A stretch of DNA of 64,000 nt from contig NC_068990.1 of assembly GCF_001194135.2 (NCBI RefSeq), positions 79,606,024 through 79,670,023 of the forward strand, written 5' to 3'. Positions 40,200-51,802 of this stretch are shown here, one piece after another (positions within the stretch are counted from its first letter, which is position 1; each line of letters begins with the position of its first letter). Source of the DNA: Octopus bimaculoides (lineage: Eukaryota). Under the pieces are notes generated by a model. That model was not told the DNA's origin and ran no database searches. It saw nothing but the letters and a program-made list of their open reading frames with translations. The translations under genes were made by a program, and so were the position numbers.

Positions 40200-41175
40200 T
40201 CTAGCATTTGAACCATTCTTTTTTAATATTTCCCTGTTGGTATCTTTCCTGACTCTGTTCGTCTTTCCGTTTCTCCTCATCTTTACTTGTGGAAGGCTCT
40301 GGTTCGGGTTCTAGCGTTTGACGTGATCTCGCTTCATTCTCTTTCTTTTCCTTTGTTGCTTTTTTTTTCTTTTTGGGTGGTGACTCACCCTTTCCTTCTC
40401 TCTCGGTTTCGGCTACTGCTATTTCTTTTTCCACTACCGTACTTCTCTCCTCCTCCTGACACTCCTCTGTCACTTGTTCTTGTCTCTGGGGTCACTTTGC
40501 TCCTATGTGTCCCCTTACACCGCAACCGTTACATACTGGTGGCCTGCCCTCCACCATTAACCTTAGCCTGGTTTCATCAGGCAGGACCACCTCTTCCGCA
40601 ATCTTGTGGAGGTCTGACAAGGTGAAATGGAGTATGACCTCCAGGCCATACCTCCCCCACCAGTTGACTTCTGTTGTCTTTGACATTTTAAAAATTTCTG
40701 TATTTTCCTCCGTATTGAATAAAATTGCCACTACCAGCCAGTCTTCCTCAATTTCAGGTAGCACCCGACCGATTCGAATTCAGGTTGCGCGCTTTCCGCA
40801 GTACGTCGGTGGTAGTGCCCATTTCGACAATTTTAAGGCTAGAGTGGAGTATTTTTTCGTTTCATTTTTATTAACGAAGCGTACCTCCACCGTGCCGTAT
40901 TTTCTTCCTCTATTAACAAATGTTATTACGTCTTTAATATCCTTCCAACCTCTATCTCGTCGACATTAGCAATTTCTATCTTTTTTTGTAGCTATATTTA
41001 ACGTACAATATATTATCATCTTTCTCTCTGCCTTCTCAGTGGTTTCTTTTGGTGGCGTTAGCTTCAGGCTATCACCTTCTTTCTTCAATAAACCATTAAA
41101 CTTCTTGAAGTCCTTATTTCCTGCTTCCAAATCTTTTATTTGTAGCAGCTCGGTTGACAGGTTTCTCCTTGTCAC
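40200..41175 (-). mobile_element. Non-LTR retrotransposon ORF1 (gag-like, L1/Tx1 type) with stops
   Basis: One frame interrupted by stops: ...NRGRKYGTVEVRF...TYCGKRAT*IRIGRVLPEIEEDWL...EGRPPVCNGCGVRGHIGAK*; CCHC knuckle whose last Cys codon is now TGA; lysine/glutamate-rich tail. Confidence 0.7.
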
Positions 41176-41403
41176 CGCAGCTTAGCTTCCAGTTTGCGAC
41201 TGCATATTTCTAATATTCTCTGTTTCACCCATAAATGGGGAAGCCACACAAAAATTTTCAACAGTTCAAAAAAATACAAGTTCAACCACAATTATCACAA
41301 TTCAACAAACCAGCAACATAAATTCATCAACAGAATCCGAGCAATGAAAGAGAGGAAAGAGTTGAATCATTTCTGGGAGAGTGAGGTCGCACCAATACAG
41401 TCA

Positions 41404-41592
41404 TCATTGTCCCCAACTGTATGACTTAGGAGTGAGACCAGTGAACTGTGAGAATATCCAGGCCTCAACGTAGCCAATGAACAGGTTCATGTAGTTGGGA
41501 CCTATTCTTGTTCCCATAACAACTCCCAAGAACTGTTGGTAAGATTCATCTGTAAATGAAAAGCATTTCACAGTGAGAACCAGTTCGGCCAA
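41404..41592 (-). mobile_element. Penelope-like element reverse transcriptase fragment
   Basis: AELVLTVKCFSFTDESYQQFLGVVMGTRIGPNYMNLFIGYVE matches the PLE RT motif (Y.Q..G.aMGs..gP..AnlfmgyvE). Confidence 0.8.
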
Positions 41593-41696
41593 ACAGAGGA
41601 CGGTTGGAATGCTGGGCTACGAAGCAGGACATATCTTTATCTTTTATTGTTTATATAGGCGCAAGAGTGGGTGTGCATATATATGTATGTGTGTAT

Positions 41697-41735
<39 letters not shown>

Positions 41736-42743
41736 GTTTATATTTAGCTCTAATAACTACCGCTCAAATATGAGATTTTATTTTTAGGCAATCACCAATA
41801 TAGTGAATTATTTTAAAATTCCCCTCCAAAAATAAAATCCAGTCACATAAGACACCCTTTCTCCGATACATGATATTTCTCCTTTATTTCTTATATGGTT
41901 GATTTCCGAAAACGAAAAAAAAGGAAAAACTTTCGTCACAGCGTCGGAAAAAATAACAAAATAAACAGTTCATATTTTCAAGGGAAGGAATTGTGAAGGT
42001 AATGATCTCAAGGGGAGTAAGTACGTAATATAGAATTGAAAGGGGGTTAACTCTAGAATGAGTTGTTCATAGCACTTTGTAGCATTTTGGAAAAAAGAAA
42101 TAAAAATGCAAAATGCCTCTCTTCAAAAATCTGGATGCAAATTTCATATCTGGCGATCTTTCGATACTAATTCTCTAAGTGTCATTCGAGCACATTGCTT
42201 TGTTTACATCAATTCGGCATTATCCGTAAGGAAAGAGGGAAAGGACGTTAGTCAGTGACAGCTCTGATCCCTTAAGAACACATGCCAGTTATCGCTCGCT
42301 TTCTCTCTGTATCTCTTTCATCCTCCCTTAAAAGCACATGTAACTTATCTCTCGCTTTCTCTCTCTCTCTCTCTCTATCTATCTCTTTCACCCTTGGAAT
42401 ATTTTAGTTGGGAAATGTGAACAATTTTACAAAACATATACTTCTGTTTTAAAATGGAGTTATTTCAGAAACAATATTAGCATTTTTTTTTCAACTGAAG
42501 GAACAAATTGAAATAATTGAACAGGTTTCTGAATGTATTAAATTGAGTGGGATTTTTAACGTATGTCACCGGTATCATTCAAGGGAGGTAAAATTATCAA
42601 TACCATCGCATATGTTTATAATTACTTCAGCTAATGTATATTATGTAAACATAATCCCATGCTTTTTCAAGGCAAGAAACTTAACCGTAATATATCTTAT
42701 ACACAGATATTTTTCAGCTTTTAAGAATTCCTTGAGGGTTGTT

Positions 42744-43901
42744 ATGCAAGACATCAATAACTTGGACACGATTACCAATGTAAATACAGTTACACAGACG
42801 TATAGTTGTGAGAAACCATTACACTACGAAACAGTTATTAAACAAAGATCATTACACAGAAATATTCCTGCATATTGCTGTGAGATTTGTAAAAAAAAAA
42901 CGTTCTCTTTTGAACATGAAGTTTTAACGCACAAAGAAATGCACAACAGAGACAAAGCATTCTACTGTGAAATTTGTGGCAAATCTTTCACTAATAAATC
43001 TCATCTTGCTATTCATATACGTAGTCACACTGGAGAAAAACCGTATAATTGTGAGATATGTGGGAAATCGTTTATCACTAATGGTCACTTAACAACACAC
43101 AAAATAGTACACACCGGAGAAAAACTCTATCACTGTGAAATATGTGGAAAATCTTTTGTCGATAATAGTTATTTAACAGTCCATAAAAGAATACACACTA
43201 GAGAAAAACCTTTCCACTGTGAAATATGTGGGGAATCTTTCATTCAGTATTCCAGTCGTATTATTCACATACGTAGTCACACTGGAGAGAAACCGTATCA
43301 TTGCGAAATATGTGGGAAATCTTTTGTTTCTAGCAGTAATTTAGTAAGACACAAAAGAATACACACGGGAAAAAAACTTTACTGCTGTGAAACGTGTGGA
43401 AATTTGTTTATCTCTAATGATGATTTAACAACACATAAAAAAGTGCACAGTGGAGAAAACCTTTTCCATTGTGAAATATGTGGGGAGTATTTTCTCGATA
43501 ATAGTAATTTGTCAACACACAAATTATTACACATTGAAGAAAAACCCTTTTACTGTGAAATATGTGGGATTTCTTTCACTGAGAATTCTCATCTCCTAGT
43601 TCACAAAACAATACACACTGGAGTAAAGCTGTTTCAATGTGAAATATGTGGGAAATCTTTTGGTTCTAACAGCTGTTTGGCAAGACACAAAAGAATACAT
43701 ACTGGAGAAAAACCTTTTCATTGTGAAATATGTGGTAAATTCTTCTCTGTTAATTCTCATCTTGTAGTTCACAAACGTAGTCACACTGGAGAAAAACCGT
43801 ATCATTGCAAAATATGTAGGAAATCATTTATCACTAACGATCACTTGAAAAGACACACACAAATGCACACGGGAAGGAAGCTTTCAAGCTGTATAAAGTG
43901 A
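42744..43901 (+). CDS. Tandem C2H2 zinc-finger protein (ZNF-A), 385 aa, 12 fingers, no recognisable effector domain
   Basis: Twelve CxxC-x12/13-HxxxH units with TGEK(P)-type linkers. The ORF track starts at TTG 42543, but an acceptor (ttttcAG 42716-17) and ATG 42744 (MQDI) match the start of paralog ZNF-B (MEDI). Confidence 0.93.
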   Translation: MQDINNLDTITNVNTVTQTYSCEKPLHYETVIKQRSLHRNIPAYCCEICKKKTFSFEHEVLTHKEMHNRDKAFYCEICGKSFTNKSHLAIHIRSHTGEKPYNCEICGKSFITNGHLTTHKIVHTGEKLYHCEICGKSFVDNSYLTVHKRIHTREKPFHCEICGESFIQYSSRIIHIRSHTGEKPYHCEICGKSFVSSSNLVRHKRIHTGKKLYCCETCGNLFISNDDLTTHKKVHSGENLFHCEICGEYFLDNSNLSTHKLLHIEEKPFYCEICGISFTENSHLLVHKTIHTGVKLFQCEICGKSFGSNSCLARHKRIHTGEKPFHCEICGKFFSVNSHLVVHKRSHTGEKPYHCKICRKSFITNDHLKRHTQMHTGRKLSSCIK

Positions 43902-43958
43902 GAAATCCTTCCATCAACAAATACACATTGCAGAGCCTTTGTTTTTATTTCTTTATTG

Positions 43959-44176
43959 GTCGATCTTTCGTTTTGATTACATTTTACGTCATTTCTAATT
44001 CACGTAAGTTTCTGAACAAGATCATCGCTTTCCGTAAAAGGGTTTTAGGGTTAGGGTTAGAGAATTCCGTCCCTAACCCCAACCGTAACCGTAACCCTAA
44101 AACCCTTTTACGGAAACATAGACAAATGCACGTGGATTAGAAATGACGTAAAATGTAATCAAAACGAAAGATAGCC
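43959..44176. mobile_element. 218-bp palindromic MITE with telomere-like core (Merlin- or MULE-like)
   Basis: ~47-bp outer arms plus inner arms TTTCCGTAAAAGGGTTTTAGGG / CCCTAAAACCCTTTTACGGAAA; 9-bp TSD tctttattg / tttttattg (1 mismatch). Confidence 0.85.
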
Positions 44177-45237
44177 TTTTTATTGTAACATATAATGGAA
44201 ATCATCTTTGAATTCGCATTTTAAAATTTATACAGTATTTGTGAAATCCTTATTTGTCAAGTTGACAAATGAACATACATTGGACAAAAAACTGCATCAG
44301 TGTGGAATTTGTAGGAAATCTGTTTGAATTAAATTCTACACTTGTAATCCATGTGTAAATTACAGAGTAGAGAAGAACATGACACTGTAAATATGTTGAA
44401 AATTACTGTCTGAATTCTAGTTTAGTAATCTACTAAATACACTCTGGAATAGGATTAACCCATTGTTATTGCAGAGACATACAAAGATAAAACTTTATAT
44501 AAAACTTAGATATGTTTCAACCAAAGATTGGTCCAGGCCATGTCTAACTTAATAGCACCACCTGATGATATATATGAAATTTATAGAAAATTATTCTCAT
44601 TTAAACAGCCATGTTCATTAAAATGTGCAAGTATATACAAGAGAAAAATATTGAGATGATTTGTTGAAAACATTATAATAGAATTAAAAAGTAGAAATCA
44701 TGGAGAAATACTTCTAGCAATTTATCACTTAAATTTCTGACAAAATAATATACACAATTGTATTTTTAAGTTAAAATTGTATTTTATAAAAATCATTAAA
44801 TTTCAAATGAAAATATTATGACTATAATATTTGTTGGATGGTATTTTATGAACTGTTGAAATTATCTTTTTAAAAATTGATTTACCATAAGAAACAGTGC
44901 TTATAACAAAATTTTATTTAATAAAATTATTCATACATAACTTATACAAACCGACAGATCATGGTTCTTGTATCTTGATATACATAATGTAGAGTATTTC
45001 AGTGTCTTGATTTTAGTGACAGTGGACATTGCTTCCCTGATTGGACAGATTTTAGCACATAGGTAAACATTTTGATATTCTGTTGGTTTATCAACATCTT
45101 TTAACGTCCACCTTCCATGCTGTGGGACAGTTTGACAGGAGCTGGCTAGTCAGAAGCCTGCACAAGACTTCTGTGTCTATTTTGGCAGGGTTTCTATGGC
45201 TGGATGCCCTTCCTAACACCAACCACCCAGCAGAGTG

Positions 45238-45320
<83 letters not shown>

Positions 45321-45794
45321 TATATATATACATACACATGTACATCTCACCATGTTGGACCACTGAACTCTGCATTTTTCCCTCTCTTAATCCATTGTTG
45401 AAGAGTATAGGCTCGAAACATAAAAGACTTTTCCATTCTTCCCAAGTGTTAAACTAATACACCTGCTTGTTGTTCCTACACCTGTTTTCATCTTTTGTTT
45501 GCTGTAAATTTGAACTGTTAATGTTTGCCTTATTGTCTGACACTTGATCATCACCATTGTACAAACAATGTTCTTCATTTCCAATCTCCCATGAAAACAC
45601 ATCTAGCCATGGGAAAATATTACCCAGCTTGGAAACAGGTGAGGGTTGATAATAGGAAGGGCATCCTGCTATAGAAATGTTGTCTCAACTAATTCTGTTT
45701 GACCTATGCAAGCGTGGAAAAGTGAATTTTAAAAAGAGATGATCATATATGTATGGGTATGTGTATACATATGTATGTATGATTATATATTTCT

Positions 45795-46173
45795 GTGTGT
45801 GGTAAGTAGCTTGCTTACCAACCACATGGTTCTTGGTTCAGTCCCACTGCGTGGCACCTTGGGCAAGTGTCTTCTACTATAGCCTCGGGCCGACCAAAGC
45901 CTTGTGAGTGGATTTGGTAGACGGAAACTGAAAGAAGCCTGTCGTATATATATATATGTGTGTTTATGTGTCCGTGTTTGTCCCCCCCCAACATCGCTTG
46001 ACAACTGATGCTGGTGTGTTTACGTCCCCGTAACTTAGCGGTTCAGCAAAAGAGGCCAATAGAATAAGTACTAGGTTTACAAAGAGTAAGTCCTGGGGTC
46101 GATTTGCTCAACTAAAGGTGGTGCTCCAGCATGGCCGCAGTCAAATGACTGAAACAAGTAAAAGAGTAAAGAG
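45795..46173 (+). mobile_element. Near full-length copy of the second SINE family
   Basis: Same head, (TA/TG)n centre and AAACAAGTAAAAGAG tail as 29838-30168. Confidence 0.85.
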
Positions 46174-46451
46174 TATATATGCACAAAAAGTGTTTTTTGT
46201 TTTTGGAATTAATTAGACTCTGAAACAATTTGTAGAATATATTTTGGTTTGTACCAACTTGGATTTGAATTAAAGATCATCTACACCTGTATATTTTTTT
46301 CCTTTGCTTATGCTTAATTTATTGATTTTGCTTGGATTGAACCAGTGGACTTGGATGTTTGACATCCCTTTGAAGGATTTCGATCCTCACCTCTTTTACA
46401 TATATATATATAATATGTATATATAAATGTGTGTGTATGTATGTATAAGTA

Positions 46452-47471
46452 TGTAGTGAACACTTCTCTCACTATAAATATTAACAAGTGCGGGCGTAGC
46501 AGAGAGCAGCCTGCTGTGTCATCACCTGACTGACTATTATTTATGCGGCAATTGACTCCACTCTGTTCCCGTCAGGACGCAAACTGACCAACCGTAGCCC
46601 CTAATAAGGTCACGTGAGAGTGTTTCTTCTAATGCTTTCCTGGAGCCCCTATTTTCCTATAAATAGCCTAAATTATACCCGCCAATTCGTCACGGCTCAA
46701 ATCTTAGATCTGGTCGTTCTGACCACACACGCGTAACACAGCACCAACCAGCCAGCCAGTTCCAGCGACGACATCAACAACACCATCATTCAACTACGAA
46801 CTACAAGCATCGCCCCCGACATCGCCAGCAGCAACACGACTCTACGTACTACCAGCATCGCCGCCAACGTCTTCAACATGACTCTACACGTACACAAACT
46901 ACCAACCGCTAACCGCAGCTTTTCAGCCCTGTTTGTGTGATTTCTTCACCACGAAACCAACAGCCAGAATTCAGCCTGTGAAGAACATCTGTATTCAAGA
47001 ACCCGGCCCGGCATAGAAGCCCTAACATCACGACGAGTGACCGCTCTGCCTTAACCTTAACTTCTTATATACAGACACTAACCACTGTGTACTCTAAGAA
47101 CTGGTATAGTTCCTTATACGTGTTACTGACTCTTGCCTATACTCTGTATCTCTTACATTCACATACATGTATTACTCGCACACACTCTTTTGTTTACATG
47201 ATGGCCAGTCTTATATTGTGTTTTATTATGTTGCGTTGACACACTCAGACATACGATTTAATGCTACAATAAATTCTACTGTTATTCATCTCTATCGGTT
47301 GAGTCATTCCTATCTTTTATCCTACTGGCATTTACGAATTCTCTATATTATAGTATTATAACATATTTATCATTTTATATTTTTGTGTTCGACCGTGTGA
47401 CGCGTTTAAAAAAGGAGCCTGTTTTCCATTCGTCACCATTTCTCCTTTTGGTTCGCATGGTCGTTCTTACA
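46452..47471 (+). mobile_element. Solo LTR (1020 bp), probably Gypsy-type
   Basis: TG...CA ends with short terminal IR (TGTAGTGAAC / GTTCTTACA), 4-bp TSD AGTA (46448-51 and 47472-75), internal CTATAAATA; CpG-rich relative to flanks. Strand inferred from the TATA. Confidence 0.85.
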
Positions 47472-48262
47472 AGTATATATAAATGAATTATGTAATGCCT
47501 GTGAAATCTTTACCTTTTTACTATTCTAAATATGATACTCCAGGCATTCATTTATATATAAGCAAATTCATTCTACTTACGATAATTGCATTTTAATAAT
47601 ATAACAGTGTTTAACAAAAACTTTTATCTTTTACTTCTTTCAGCCATTAGACTGTGACAATGTTTGGGGAACCACTTTGACTGAGTGAAAAATATAGTCA
47701 CTGGCACTAGATTGTCCCTGAAAGTACTGAAGGAATTCTATCGACATTGCACAATTTTTATTCCAGTTCTCTGCTCTCCCAGACATTGTTCTATGTTAGG
47801 AAGGGGTTTGACAAACAAAGAACTTGCAATTGAAGTCTTGGGACATTAAGAATAATGGTTGCTCATTGATGAGAGGGTGTTTAGTTATAGTTACTAATAG
47901 AGTTCACCTTGAAATTCCTTGTTAGCTATCTTATTTGATATCTACCCATTTACCTCTCATGTTTTCTCAGTCAATATCAAGTATAAATCGCCATGGGTAC
48001 TTGATAATTTTTATTGAATTCTGTCAAATAGTTTTCTAAAATTTACCAAAAACTCTTAAATTTCATCAAAGAATATGACTAACCTTGTTAAAAATAAATA
48101 TTTTTCCTCTTTATTTATAAACAATTTAGTTTTCTTAATTTCTTTTTAACAATTTTTCAGTTACCTAGGGGGGAACAATTTTTGTTTTAAACCTTTACAT
48201 TGTCTACCAAAGGAAAGAGTCTTTCTGCTGCAGTTGTAAAATGAAACAATGACAGTAAGTTT

Positions 48263-48886
48263 GGATCTATTTTAAAACGGGGGCACCAGTTTTCATTTAT
48301 GTTTTATGTAGTGTTTTTGGTACCGAAAGACTTCCAAACTTCGTATACTTATCTATTTTGTGTTATAGAACTCAAAAAAATTCTTGTATTCGAATTTATT
48401 TCATGTAAAAAATTGTCTTATTTTGATAATTTCTACTAATCACTGACGTCTATTCAGTTGAAAACAGCGCTGTAACGGTGTATATCGTATTAATCCCCTA
48501 ACCCTAACCCTAACTAGACTGTTAACCGTAACCGTAACCCTAACTCTAGAATCCGAACTCTAAAATTGTTACACACATAGATACGCACAGCATAATTTAT
48601 TATATAAACAATATATGCGTATAAATTACGATTAAACCGGATGAAATATGTCACAGAGAATAACATTTTTATGACCGCCCAGCAGTAACTCTATTCAGCT
48701 GAATAGACGTCAGTGATTGGTTGAAATTACAGAAATACGACAACTTTAACATGGAATAACTTGCGAATTCCTTTTTTTTGTTAAGAAGACTAAGAGTAAA
48801 AGATGTTTTATATGACACATTCTACCAGTGTCCCAAGTTAGTGTTTCGTTAAGAAAATACTGGTGCCCCCGTTTTAAAATAGATCC
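48263..48886. mobile_element. 624-bp non-autonomous DNA transposon with GG termini, 8-bp TSD and CCCTAA repeats
   Basis: Perfect 28-bp TIR GGATCTATTTTAAAACGGGGGCACCAGT; TSD GTAAGTTT (48255-62 and 48887-94); perfect inner 20-bp IR (48438-57 / 48699-718); CCCTAA/CCGTAA run 48496-48544. Confidence 0.92.
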
Positions 48887-50422
48887 GTAAGTTTACCATT
48901 AAATTTCAAGATAATTAGGAAATAAAGTTTATTTTCACATTTTTTCTAAAAAATCTAATACAATGACACTTCATGCATTGAGTACATATTAAATTTTATT
49001 AAACTTGACCAATACTTTTCAAGCAATGAACAATTTCCATCAAAACAATGCCATAATTTGTTGACCTGGAACTCATTGCAAAGCTGCATGATAAACGATT
49101 GTTGTCTTTCCATTTGAGGGTCAGTATTTTTTTTTCTGTCTAACCTCTTTCTATTGTTTTCAACCATCACCATCACCACCATAACTGCCATACACACACC
49201 ATTCATACCTTTGACACCACCATCAATACCTTTGACTTCGCCGCCTTCCTCTCCACCACCATCACCACTCTTTCACATCGCTTACTATCACCATCATCCC
49301 TGACTGCCTCGGCTACCACCACCATCACCTCCACCTCTATCACAACTACAGCTCATACTATCACCCCATTACCATCACAACTGCCCTCACCCCAGCAAGA
49401 GGAATAGCAGAAGTGTCATTGAATAGTGAGAGAGAAGGCTGAAGTGTGACACACTGGAATTTGTTTTGGCATTTATTACTAAAGATGATAAAGCTTTTCT
49501 CCAGTGTGACTATGGTTATGGATCACAAGTTTTGAATTTTCAATAAGAGATTTCCCACATATTTCACAGTGAAACAGCTTTTCTCCAGTGTGTATTATGT
49601 TTTGTTAAATCACTGTTAGACACAAAAGATTTTCTATATATTTCACAATTATGGGGCTTTTCCTCAGTATGTATTCTCTGGGATCTAGTTTTATTTATTT
49701 GCAAAATATGCATTTTTTTAAAAGGAAGTAAAAAATCTGAAAATCAGCTATAATAATATAGCGTTCCAGTTTCATTGCTTTGAAGGTTGTGGAGAAAAAA
49801 GTTACAGAGATTTAAAAATTGAAAAAACTGTGTATTTTTAGTCAATAGTGAGACAGAAATTTTCTGCATTTAGCAGTGTCAACTTTAAGGTTGTACCCTG
49901 TGAAATTTATAGCTTAGTGTCTGACCTGTTCATCGTAGGTTTCTAAAACAGAAATACCTAATAAAATCAACATTTATCATCTTACTGTGCTTGTCTTTTC
50001 ATTGATTGTATTTTTTAATTCGTTATATTAATATATTTGTCTGCATGTGTTTACTTTATGCGTATTTCGGTATTATGTATACCTGTCATGTATTTGTGCA
50101 CATCATTTATAAGTGCATGTGTGTGTGAAAAGTTGAGTAACGTTTTCATACTTGAATTTGTAAACTACGATAAAAATAACACTGGACAACAAAGAATTTG
50201 TCCCAAAGAAGAGAATACCTGTATCTTATACCTTTTTGCATGCAAAATTCAAAAATAATGTCAAATTATCTGTATCACCCACAGTTTCCCTGTTCCATGA
50301 TATTCCTCTCAGTTCCTGTTACGTGGGCTAACTTTCAGTTAAGCTGTTGAAATGTTAAGTGAGTGTTTCTTGAGAAGTTTACTATCAAACCACAATGAGT
50401 TTACATTTGCAAGTGAAACATC

Positions 50423-51802
50423 TCACACTTTCAAGTTTGATTGTTTCCTTGCAATGTGCATTTCTTTGTGTCTTTTTAAAACTCTATTAGAGACAAAAGA
50501 TTTCCCACATATTTCACAGTGATATGGTTTTTCTCCAGTGTGACTGCGTTTGTGGATTACAAGATTGGAATTATTAGAGAAAGATTTCCCACACATTTTG
50601 CAATGATATGGTTTCTCTCCAGTGTGACTACGTTTGTGAACTACAAGACGTGAATTATCAGTGAAAGATTCTCCACATATCTCACAATGAAATGGTTTTT
50701 CTCCTGTGTGACTACGTTTGTGAACTACTAGACTAGAATTAACAGAAAAAGATTTTCCACATATTTCACAAGGATAAGGTTTTTCTCCAGTGTGACTTCG
50801 TACGTGAACTACAAGTTGAGAATTATTACTGCAAGATTTTCCACACATTTCACAGTAGAACAGTTTTTCTCCAGTGTGTATTTTTTGATGCGTTTTTAAC
50901 AGAAAATTAGTGGTAAACGATTTCCCACATATTTCACAGTGAAAGGGCTTTTCTCCAGTGTGGATTCTTTTGTGTTTTGTTAAATTACCATTAGAGACAA
51001 AAAACTTTCCACATATTTCACAATGGAAAGGTTTTTCTCCAGTGTGTATTTTCTTGTGTGTTGTTAAATTACTATTATAGACAAACGATTTCCCACATAC
51101 CTCACAGTGAAACGGTTTTTCTCCCGTGTGTAGTCTGTTGTGTGTTGTTAAATCACTGTTAGAAACAAAGGATTTTCCACATATTTCACATTGATATGGT
51201 TTTTCTCCAGTGTGTACAGTCTTGTGAACTACAAGATTGGAATTCTGAGCAAAAGATTTTCCACATATTTCACAGTGGAAAGGTTTTTCTCCAGTGTGAC
51301 TACGTTTATGAATAACAAGTCTTGAATTAACAGAGAAGGATTTTCCACATATTTCACAATGATATGGTTTTTCTCCAGTGTGTGTTCTTTTGTGACTTAT
51401 TAGATTAGAATTATCAGCAAATGTTTTACCACATACATCACAGTTGAAAGGCTTTTCAGCAGTGTGTATTCTTTCGTGTCTGTTTAAAATACTGCTAGAG
51501 ACAAAAGATTTTCCACACACTTCACAATGATAAGGCTGTTCTCCAGTGTGGCTACGTTTATGGACGACAAGATGAAAACTCTTAATGTAAGATTTTCCAC
51601 ATATTTCACAGTGAAACATTTTTTCTCCAGTGTGTATTCTTTTGTGACTTGCTAAATTACAATTCTTCACAAAATATTTTCCGCACACTTCACACTGAAA
51701 AGATTTTTGTTCAGTAATTGTTTCACCACTGTATGTCTGTGTATCCGTATGTATATTAAAAACATTTGCATTAAATGCGTGCAGGTGATCAATGTCTTCC
51801 AT
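50423..51802 (-). CDS. Tandem C2H2 zinc-finger protein (ZNF-B), 459 aa, 15 fingers, no recognisable effector domain
   Basis: Fifteen consecutive CEICGKSF...H(K/R)xxHTGEK-type units in an uninterrupted ORF; acceptor cAG at 51825-24; possible 8-aa N-terminal extension from an upstream exon. Confidence 0.95.
   Translation of the reverse strand: MEDIDHLHAFNANVFNIHTDTQTYSGETITEQKSFQCEVCGKYFVKNCNLASHKRIHTGEKMFHCEICGKSYIKSFHLVVHKRSHTGEQPYHCEVCGKSFVSSSILNRHERIHTAEKPFNCDVCGKTFADNSNLISHKRTHTGEKPYHCEICGKSFSVNSRLVIHKRSHTGEKPFHCEICGKSFAQNSNLVVHKTVHTGEKPYQCEICGKSFVSNSDLTTHNRLHTGEKPFHCEVCGKSFVYNSNLTTHKKIHTGEKPFHCEICGKFFVSNGNLTKHKRIHTGEKPFHCEICGKSFTTNFLLKTHQKIHTGEKLFYCEMCGKSCSNNSQLVVHVRSHTGEKPYPCEICGKSFSVNSSLVVHKRSHTGEKPFHCEICGESFTDNSRLVVHKRSHTGEKPYHCKMCGKSFSNNSNLVIHKRSHTGEKPYHCEICGKSFVSNRVLKRHKEMHIARKQSNLKV

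Noticed and set aside
42543-42743. 67-aa N-terminal extension of ZNF-A in the ORF track
   Set aside because: It starts at TTG and crosses a splice acceptor that is conserved with ZNF-B; probably intronic.
44041-44100. TTAGGG repeats as evidence of a chromosome end or fusion
   Set aside because: Only 2-4 units, each inside a TSD-flanked element.
45395-45430. Hammerhead-like TTGTTGA-A-GAGT-ATAG-GCTC-GAAACAT
   Set aside because: The core deviates at C3 and A6 and stem I is not evident; it may be a decayed PLE end but is not supportable alone.
49160-49400. His/Thr/Pro-rich (CAC/CAT) stretch as a coding region
   Set aside because: Degenerate trinucleotide repeat with no splice or ORF support.
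50450-51700. 84-bp periodic repeat resembling an array or CRISPR
   Set aside because: The period equals one 28-aa zinc finger; it is coding, eukaryotic and has no cas genes.
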